64,000 nucleotides of DNA from Desulfosudaceae bacterium (GTDB lineage: Bacteria > Desulfobacterota > Desulfobacteria > Desulfobacterales > Desulfosudaceae). A program made the position numbers and the translations under genes. Below are positions 57,522-64,000 of this stretch, piece by piece. Location: positions 1,280,001 through 1,344,000 of the forward strand of contig CAXXDV010000003.1 of NCBI GenBank assembly GCA_963674745.2, written 5' to 3'. The stretch's first letter is position 1, and the number at the start of each line of letters is the position of its first letter. The notes beneath the pieces are model-generated. The model was not told the DNA's origin and made no database searches. It saw nothing but the letters and a program-made list of their open reading frames with translations.

Positions 57522-58904
57522 TTATTGCTGTCTGTATTGTTCCAGCTTGGTCTGTACATCATTCAACAGTTTTGCGGGAAAGGCCTTGTCAACCAGTTTT
57601 TCGCGCACGTTGCGGGCCGCTTTTTCAAAATCCTTCAAATCTTTGGCGGAAAGCGTTACAGGCTTGATGCCACATTTTACTTCAAATGCTTTGAGACTTT
57701 TGGCCTCATAAATTCTTCCCCGCTTTTTCCATTCCGGTTCGATGGATTTTATTTCGTGGACAATCAACTCCTGGGTGTTGAAAACCAGTGTTTCCGGTAA
57801 ATTGAAATGTTTACGGATTTTTTCCCGGGTGTTGGCGCTGAGAAGCACCACACCGGGAGAGTAATAAAACGGCTTGGCAATATAATAATTAACATATTGA
57901 TAAGCCTGCATTCCCAGCGTCCAGGCCGGTGGCGCGATGAATGTGTCTGCCAGGCCCGTACTCAAGGCTGAAACCACTTCCGGAACGGCTACCGGGATGG
58001 CATCTACCCCGAGTTCCTCAAGCAGTGTTGATTCAACCAGCCCCATGGATGACAGGGCTTTCTGGTGGCGCAGATCTTCAAGACCGGTCAGCCTGTTTTT
58101 CGAAAATACATATAAAAAGCCGGTATCGATGATCGCCCCGCAGATATATCCCCTTTTTTCAAAGGACTGGTCCAGGCGTTTGCGGAACGTACGGTAAACA
58201 TAATCAATTTCTTCATAATCACGGAACAGGTCCGGGGCCATCAAGACAGTTGCATCAGGGGAAGCCTTGACCACACCAAGGGTAGTGCATCCGCAGCCAT
58301 CGAGCTGTCCTATGTCCATTTTTCTTAATACATCGCAGTCTTCCCCCATGACACCACCGGTATAGAACTTTGGTTTAAGACCACCTCTGGTTAATTCGAT
58401 GATTCTGGGGACCAGGATGGTTTGAGGCACATCGAGCCAGGGGGTGCCTTCAGGGGCCAGTGTTGCCAGTTTCAGAATAAACGGTTCTTTGTTGAGCCTG
58501 TCGGCTATTTTGTCCCAGATAACAGTTTCTTTTACGGATTCCCAGTTCAGAAACGGGGACAGCAGCGCGTTGAATCGTACGCCGATGTCTTCGAGAACAT
58601 AACGTGATGTTTTGTAATTATTGACAATGACACGCGCGTCTTTTTCGATCATACCTGCCAGTTCGGTTTTTGACACAAACTTTTTTTCAAGCATGTGCTT
58701 TAAAATATGCTGACGTTGTTCGAGATCGAGCCCGAAGTCCTGCCCGGTCCATAACGTTTTCATTGTTTCGCTTAACGTATCCTGAAACTGCGCTTTGGTC
58801 AGATCCGCTGCAATCGTTTTCGAGGTAAAGACAAAAGAGAGACCGAGTATCAATAAAACGCACACAACAATCCAATCGAATTTTCTATGCCCTTTAGAAT
58901 CCAC
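57522..58904 (-). CDS. TRAP transporter substrate-binding protein (DctP family) with N-terminal extension
   Basis: Signal peptide, about 110 extra aa, then LKLATLAPEGTPW and YTGGVMGED..VLRKM.IGQLDG. Confidence 0.8.
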   Translation of the reverse strand: MDSKGHRKFDWIVVCVLLILGLSFVFTSKTIAADLTKAQFQDTLSETMKTLWTGQDFGLDLEQRQHILKHMLEKKFVSKTELAGMIEKDARVIVNNYKTSRYVLEDIGVRFNALLSPFLNWESVKETVIWDKIADRLNKEPFILKLATLAPEGTPWLDVPQTILVPRIIELTRGGLKPKFYTGGVMGEDCDVLRKMDIGQLDGCGCTTLGVVKASPDATVLMAPDLFRDYEEIDYVYRTFRKRLDQSFEKRGYICGAIIDTGFLYVFSKNRLTGLEDLRHQKALSSMGLVESTLLEELGVDAIPVAVPEVVSALSTGLADTFIAPPAWTLGMQAYQYVNYYIAKPFYYSPGVVLLSANTREKIRKHFNLPETLVFNTQELIVHEIKSIEPEWKKRGRIYEAKSLKAFEVKCGIKPVTLSAKDLKDFEKAARNVREKLVDKAFPAKLLNDVQTKLEQYRQQ

Positions 58905-58929
58905 GGCGTCCCCCCGTTTTTGGTTTCTC

Positions 58930-60327
58930 TTATTTTATTCCATATTCTCTTATTTTGGTCAGTAGCGAGGGGTGGCTGATTTCAAGTAACCGGGAGGCCT
59001 GTGTCCGGTTCCCGCCGGTTTGGCGAAGGGCTTTTTCGATGAGGATTTTTTCGATTTTTTTCTGGGCGACTTTAATGGAATATTCATCCCTCAAGTTGAT
59101 ATCCCGGCTGACGGTTTCGTCAGTGGACGGTCCGCCGATACCGGGCGGCAGGTTGCCCGGTTCGATGTAGTCACTTTCGGCCAGAACAACTGCCCGTTCG
59201 ATCGCGTTTTCAAGTTCTCTGACATTACCCGGCCATTGATGATCCATAAGAAATGACATGGCTGCAGGCGTTATGTCCGTGACATTTTGATTCAGTTTTT
59301 TGTTAAACTTTTCAACAAAATATTGGCAAAGATAGGGGATATCATCGGACCGCTCACGCAAAGGCGCGATGTGAATTCTAAGTACATTCAACCGGTAAAA
59401 CAAATCTTCCCGGAAATCACCCCTGGCGACTTCATCTTCCAGTACTTTAGATGTGGCCGCGACAACCCGGATATTGATCGTTCGGGTTTCCGAAGCGCCG
59501 ACCGGCCTGATTTCGTTATCCTGCAACAGTCGCAACAGTTTTACCTGAAGGGAAAGGGGCAGTTCACCGATTTCATCTAAAAAAAGTGTTCCATCTTCGG
59601 CTTGTTCACATATCCCGATTTTATTTTTATCCGCGCCTGTAAATGCGCCTTTGACATGCCCGAAGAGTTCGCTTTCAAGTAAATTTTCAGGTATACCCCC
59701 GCAATTTATGGCCACAAATTCATTTTCTGATCGGCTGCTGTTGAAGTGAAGGCTTCTGGCTACCAGCTCTTTGCCGGTACCGCTTTCGCCTGTGATCAGC
59801 ACGGTCGTGTCATATGCAGCAACTTTTGAGATCATGTCAACCACGGACTGCATGGCACTGCTTTTGGCAATCATATTGCCGTATGAATACGACTCACGGA
59901 TATCCGCCAATTCTTTTTTCAAACGAATATTTTCTTTCTTGAGCCGTTCCCGTTCATGGGCCTTTTTCAGGGTAAGGATAACCTCATCCGGTTTAAAGGG
60001 TTTTGAAATATAATCATAGGCGCCCTGTTTCATGGCCTCTACCGCCGAATCAATACTGCCGTAAGCGGACATCATAATGATGGTTGTATCCGAAATTTTT
60101 GCGGCGGCTTGTTCCAGAAAGGTTATACCGTCCATGCGGGGCATCTTAATATCGCACAGGATGAAATCATATCGCGTTTCAGCTGAAATTTTCAGCGCTT
60201 CTTCGCCATTGCCCGCCGTGTCAACTTTATACCCCTCCCTGGTCAGGAGGGCAGAAAGCATGTGGCGCATGTTCTCTTCATCATCGACAACGAGAACACG
60301 ATTATGGGTTTTATCCTCGGTGCTCAT
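58930..60327 (-). CDS. Sigma54-dependent response regulator (NtrC family)
   Basis: REC (VVDDE, DIKMP, SKPF), GESGTGKE, GAFTGA, WPGNVRELEN and a Fis-type HTH. Confidence 0.96.
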   Translation of the reverse strand: MSTEDKTHNRVLVVDDEENMRHMLSALLTREGYKVDTAGNGEEALKISAETRYDFILCDIKMPRMDGITFLEQAAAKISDTTIIMMSAYGSIDSAVEAMKQGAYDYISKPFKPDEVILTLKKAHERERLKKENIRLKKELADIRESYSYGNMIAKSSAMQSVVDMISKVAAYDTTVLITGESGTGKELVARSLHFNSSRSENEFVAINCGGIPENLLESELFGHVKGAFTGADKNKIGICEQAEDGTLFLDEIGELPLSLQVKLLRLLQDNEIRPVGASETRTINIRVVAATSKVLEDEVARGDFREDLFYRLNVLRIHIAPLRERSDDIPYLCQYFVEKFNKKLNQNVTDITPAAMSFLMDHQWPGNVRELENAIERAVVLAESDYIEPGNLPPGIGGPSTDETVSRDINLRDEYSIKVAQKKIEKILIEKALRQTGGNRTQASRLLEISHPSLLTKIREYGIK

Positions 60328-60348
60328 TAAGACCTTCCTGTTTCACTT

Positions 60349-61902
60349 TTAATCGTTTTTTAAAGGAAACTGTATGGTAAAGGTCGTCCCTTCACCCTCT
60401 TTGCTGTCGACACTCATCATGCCGTTCATATTATCGACTATCATATAACATACATAAAGGCCAAGTCCTGTCCCATATCCTGGATCCTTGGTCGTAAAAA
60501 ACGGATCAAAAATAGTTTCCAGGTCCGCCTGGTTGATGCCGATACCGTTATCTGAAATGTCGATACGGAGTCTCTTCTCTTTACCAGAATAATCAAGTGT
60601 TGTGCAGGAGCGAATGACGATTTCTTTTTTGCCGGGAGGCTTGGTCGAGAGGGCATCGGCGGCATTCAAAATCAGGTTGACAAAGACCTGCCTTAACTTG
60701 TCCGGAAAGCAGGAGACCTTGTCACAGGAGGCGTTAAACTCATATTTTCGGTTTACATCCCGCATAACAGGCTGAACTGCCAGCAAGTCCATGGTTTCTT
60801 GGATTAAAGCGTGAACAGCGATCGTTTCAGTGGTTTCTTTACCCGCCGGGCGGGAAAAGTCAAGCAGCTCTCTGATGATATTGTTTATCTTTTGTATTTC
60901 AGTCCGACACCGGTTGATATAATCTGTTTTTTCGGATTCCGATGCCTCTTTGTGGTTCAACATATCAAGGTATCCCAGAACAATACCGATCGGGTTGCCG
61001 ATCTCATGGGCGATACCTGCTGATAACCTGCCTACTGACGCCAGTTTTTCTGCCCGGATCAATTCGTTTTGACGGGCTTTAATTTCCCTGTTGGCTTCCT
61101 CCAGATCAACAAGTGAGTCTTCCAACCGGCGTTTGTCACCCTCGATTCGATCCAGCATCCTGTTTAATGAAATAGACAGCCGTCTGAACTCGTTTCTGCC
61201 CTTGGGATAGATAAAATCGAGATTATCGTGATCCTGACGCTCCTCGGCCCGTCTAACCAGGTTGTTGATCGGACGGATGGTTGTCCGGCTGATGCCGTAA
61301 GTTCCCAGCAATACCAGCAGCAGAATATTAATGATGGTATAAAAAAGAATGACCAGCTGGTTTTCCCGCTGCAGCACGTAAAAAGACGTCAGATCAACGA
61401 CACTGCTGACGGCTCCGGCGGTATTGTTACCTTCAACCAGGATGGGGGTTGAGACAATTAAATAATGATTACGTATATAAAAAACCCCCCAGGCCTTATC
61501 GTGAAGAGACACCCTGTTTTTGCCGGTCAAACTCGTCTGGGTTGCTCCGCTGACCAGTAATTCAGACAACTTTTTATCATCACTTTTATTGCTTATGAAT
61601 AATGCATCACCTCCAGGGGTCATGATGACCGTGGCCGTAATGGCACTGATTTTGGCAATCTTTTTTAAATGACGTTCTGTTGCAGAAGATAAGGGCAGGG
61701 CGGGGATTTTATGGCTGGTATTGAGTATGTTTTCGATAGACAGGGCCAGAACACGGCAGTCGTTTGTTTTCTGGCGAATAAAATTTTTCTGGCTGGTTGA
61801 CACAAAAACCATATCAATCAGAACAACAATGATCAGCAGCAGAAGTGCGATATGAATGGCAATAACGGTTTTTAGGCTTTTCGCGTTTAACAATCGGGCC
61901 AC
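60349..61902 (-). CDS. Sensor histidine kinase (2 TM, HAMP, HisKA, HATPase)
   Basis: AHEIGNP, NLILNA, DNGIGI, PFFTTK, GTGLGL. Confidence 0.95.
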   Translation of the reverse strand: MARLLNAKSLKTVIAIHIALLLLIIVVLIDMVFVSTSQKNFIRQKTNDCRVLALSIENILNTSHKIPALPLSSATERHLKKIAKISAITATVIMTPGGDALFISNKSDDKKLSELLVSGATQTSLTGKNRVSLHDKAWGVFYIRNHYLIVSTPILVEGNNTAGAVSSVVDLTSFYVLQRENQLVILFYTIINILLLVLLGTYGISRTTIRPINNLVRRAEERQDHDNLDFIYPKGRNEFRRLSISLNRMLDRIEGDKRRLEDSLVDLEEANREIKARQNELIRAEKLASVGRLSAGIAHEIGNPIGIVLGYLDMLNHKEASESEKTDYINRCRTEIQKINNIIRELLDFSRPAGKETTETIAVHALIQETMDLLAVQPVMRDVNRKYEFNASCDKVSCFPDKLRQVFVNLILNAADALSTKPPGKKEIVIRSCTTLDYSGKEKRLRIDISDNGIGINQADLETIFDPFFTTKDPGYGTGLGLYVCYMIVDNMNGMMSVDSKEGEGTTFTIQFPLKND

Positions 61903-62139
61903 CTGTTAAAAAAGTGTCACATTTCCTTGCAAGGCTTTGAGTGCCTGCGCGATTTTTAGAGATACCCTTATTAAATACGGGATGGTAAATTCAGATTTTT
62001 TTTAGTATTAACATAAAGTAAACATAAACACAATTAGCCTAATATTTCATGGATTTTTTGATATGGAGAAAACCAACCCGTGAGATATCCGGTTTAGCCT
62101 GCGACTCTGAAAAGTTCAATTATTTGGAAAGGTAAAAAC

Positions 62140-63177
62140 ATGAAAACCGCAGTTACGGAGTTGTTTGGATGTCAATATCCGGTCTGGCTGTCCGGAATGA
62201 CCGGTATCAGTACACCTGAACTGGTCGGTGCCGTAAACAATGCCGGTGGACTGGGCATACTGGCGACAGCAGATCTGACCTTTGACCAGACCCGTGAGTC
62301 CATAAAAAAAATCAGACAGCTGACAGACAGGCCCTTTGGTGCCAACGTGCCGCTTTTCATTCCGGGTTGTGCGGAAAAGGCCGAAATATTACTGGAAGAA
62401 AAGGTGGATGTTATAAACTACACCCTGGGAAGCGGGGAGTGGTTGATTGAGGCTGTGCACCGGTATGGCGGCAAGGCGGTTGCTACGGTCACCACAGAAA
62501 AACATGCCCTGTCTGCCCAGAAATACGGCGCGGACGCGTTGATCATAACCGGTCATGAAGCGGCCGCACATGGCGGATTGATTACGTCGATGGTACTTAT
62601 TCCCAGTATTGTGGATGTGGTGGACATTCCTGTCATCGCGGCCGGCGGATTCGCGGACGGAAGAGGGCTTGCTGCGGCCTTGGCCCTTGGAGCAGATGGC
62701 ATCGCCATGGGTACAAGGTTTATGAATACCAGGGAAAGTCCCGCCCATGAAAACATGAAACAGATGAGCAACGAAAAAAAAGCCCACGAGACGATCTATT
62801 CCGACCGCATTGACGGTCTTCCCTGCCGGGCGATTGATTCGGCCGGTTCCAGAAAGCTGATCAATGACAAACTGTATTTATTTAAAGCACTGAACAACTC
62901 TCGTTTTGCCGCAAAGGCTTATGGCTTTCCCTGGATAAAAGCCATCGCGGGGATATTGTTGGCCGGCTATAACCGTTCAATACAACTGGCACGTATGTCC
63001 AATGCTTTCAGGTCGGTTATGATGGCCATTGATGAGGGTGACCGGGAAAAAGGGGTGTTTCTGATGGGGCAGGTAACGGGTATTATAAAAGAAACCCCTT
63101 CGGTACAAGAGGTAATGGAAGCCATTATGGCAGAGGCCGTAGCGTCTCATCAGGCGATGTCTGAAAAAATGATGTGA
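62140..63177 (+). CDS. Nitronate monooxygenase / FabK-like FMN-dependent oxidoreductase
   Basis: AGGLGIL, PFGAN, GHEAAAHGG, PVIAAGGFADGRG, MGTRF. Confidence 0.9.
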   Translation: MKTAVTELFGCQYPVWLSGMTGISTPELVGAVNNAGGLGILATADLTFDQTRESIKKIRQLTDRPFGANVPLFIPGCAEKAEILLEEKVDVINYTLGSGEWLIEAVHRYGGKAVATVTTEKHALSAQKYGADALIITGHEAAAHGGLITSMVLIPSIVDVVDIPVIAAGGFADGRGLAAALALGADGIAMGTRFMNTRESPAHENMKQMSNEKKAHETIYSDRIDGLPCRAIDSAGSRKLINDKLYLFKALNNSRFAAKAYGFPWIKAIAGILLAGYNRSIQLARMSNAFRSVMMAIDEGDREKGVFLMGQVTGIIKETPSVQEVMEAIMAEAVASHQAMSEKMM

Positions 63178-63204
63178 TCAACGATCACATTGCGCTCAAC
63201 TCGC

Positions 63205-63411
63205 TCAGGTAAACGCGCCCCCGCCGCATGATGACGCCGGCGGGCCTTGCGCAACGGAATTGTTTTTCCTGATAGACCCGGTCCGGCTGATCAGCCTGTT
63301 TACTTTTTTGTCACGGCATTTGGGACATTTAATGTCCTCATCATCACCACTTAAGACAAGTTCTTCAAAGATATTACCACAACGGCTGCATTGGAATTCA
63401 AAAATCGGCAT
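63205..63411 (-). CDS. FmdB-family zinc-ribbon protein
   Basis: MPIFEFQCSRCG...CPKC; GGAGAGG RBS. Confidence 0.85.
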   Translation of the reverse strand: MPIFEFQCSRCGNIFEELVLSGDDEDIKCPKCRDKKVNRLISRTGSIRKNNSVAQGPPASSCGGGAFT

Positions 63412-63530
63412 AGCAACCTCTCCTCAGCTTTTTGTTATGCATAAATAATATCACAATTGTACTTTTTTGCAAACAACGGTTCTGTGTTTATTGCTTGCCG
63501 CAGTGACATCGGTATGGTATTAAAAAAATT

Positions 63531-64000
63531 ATGCCAAACCGACGCTACTATTCAACATGTTGTTTTTCCATCAGTTTGATGGTTGTTTTGGTGGCTTTAT
63601 CCGCCTGCACCGCATCAAGGCACATCTCCCGCGGCATTGGTTGTTTACAATATGATGATCTGGATGGTGCCATCGAATCATTTAACCAGGCGGTTGAGGC
63701 TTCTCCGGATTTTTCAGAAGCCTATTTTCACCGGGGTAATACCTGGCTGAAAAAAGGCGAATACCAGAAAGCCATTTCTGATTTTTCCCGTGCCATAGAG
63801 CTTGACCCGGATTACGCGGATGCCTATCTTTCAAGAGGAACCGCCTATATTGAAATAGAGGAGGATCAGCAGGGCCTGTCGGACCTGTCCAAATCCATTG
63901 CGCTTAAGCCTGACCTGCTCAGCGCCTATTTTGTCAGAGGCGTATTGTATCAAAAAATGGGGGATACGGATAAGGCCATGACTGATTTTGATCATGTCAT
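63531..64000 (+). CDS. TPR-repeat lipoprotein (3' end outside window; absent from the ORF track)
   Basis: Manual translation MPNRRYY...VVLVALSAC (lipobox), then AYFHRGNTW..KGEYQKAISDFSRAIELDPDYADAYLSRG repeats; open to the window end. Confidence 0.88.
   Translation, partial: MPNRRYYSTCCFSISLMVVLVALSACTASRHISRGIGCLQYDDLDGAIESFNQAVEASPDFSEAYFHRGNTWLKKGEYQKAISDFSRAIELDPDYADAYLSRGTAYIEIEEDQQGLSDLSKSIALKPDLLSAYFVRGVLYQKMGDTDKAMTDFDHV

Noticed and set aside
62140..63177. PfaD enoyl reductase for the PfaBC-like synthase
   Set aside because: Same broad FMN barrel superfamily, but it is short (345 aa), lacks the PfaD EADSGGHTD motif and lies 9 kb away.

Overview
A 64-kb bacterial chromosomal window, most likely from an anaerobic deltaproteobacterium (Desulfobacterales-like). 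This is inferred from a DVU0772-family gene, an orange-protein-like NifX gene, a CoA-substrate activase and sigma54 regulation. In order it holds: (1) a tightly coupled operon of TolC, GAF-fused membrane fusion protein, ABC ATPase, MacB-type permease and an Lnt-like N-acyltransferase, which matches the component list of the Aat acylation-coupled secretion system and is the best candidate for an undescribed system; (2) a putative triple beta-barrel outer-membrane protein; (3) the housekeeping block tRNA-Leu-tig-clpP-clpX-lon-tRNA-Val-tRNA-Asp and an amidase; (4) tRNA-Pro followed by a decayed island with att-like signals, a frameshifted IS1595, a DUF4258 TA-like pair, a truncated AEP primase gene and a fused nucleotidyltransferase remnant; (5) a CoA activase, an interrupted ferredoxin, a PhlG-like hydrolase, an AT-rich membrane protein and a Pif1-like helicase; (6) a membrane-ankyrin-kinase fusion behind a perfect sigma70 promoter, a sigma54-driven DVU0772 gene, STAS, PilZ and TraB genes; (7) an orphan NorQ/NorD-like chaperone pair, a Na/Pi transporter and an Fe-ADH; (8) an orphan PfaBC-like KS-CLF-AT-DH synthase; (9) HD-GYP, NifX/FmdB, BKACE, DctP, an NtrC-type two-component system, a FabK/NMO-like flavoprotein and a partial TPR lipoprotein. 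No CRISPR array or rRNA was seen. All family calls come from motif recognition by eye; no searches were run.
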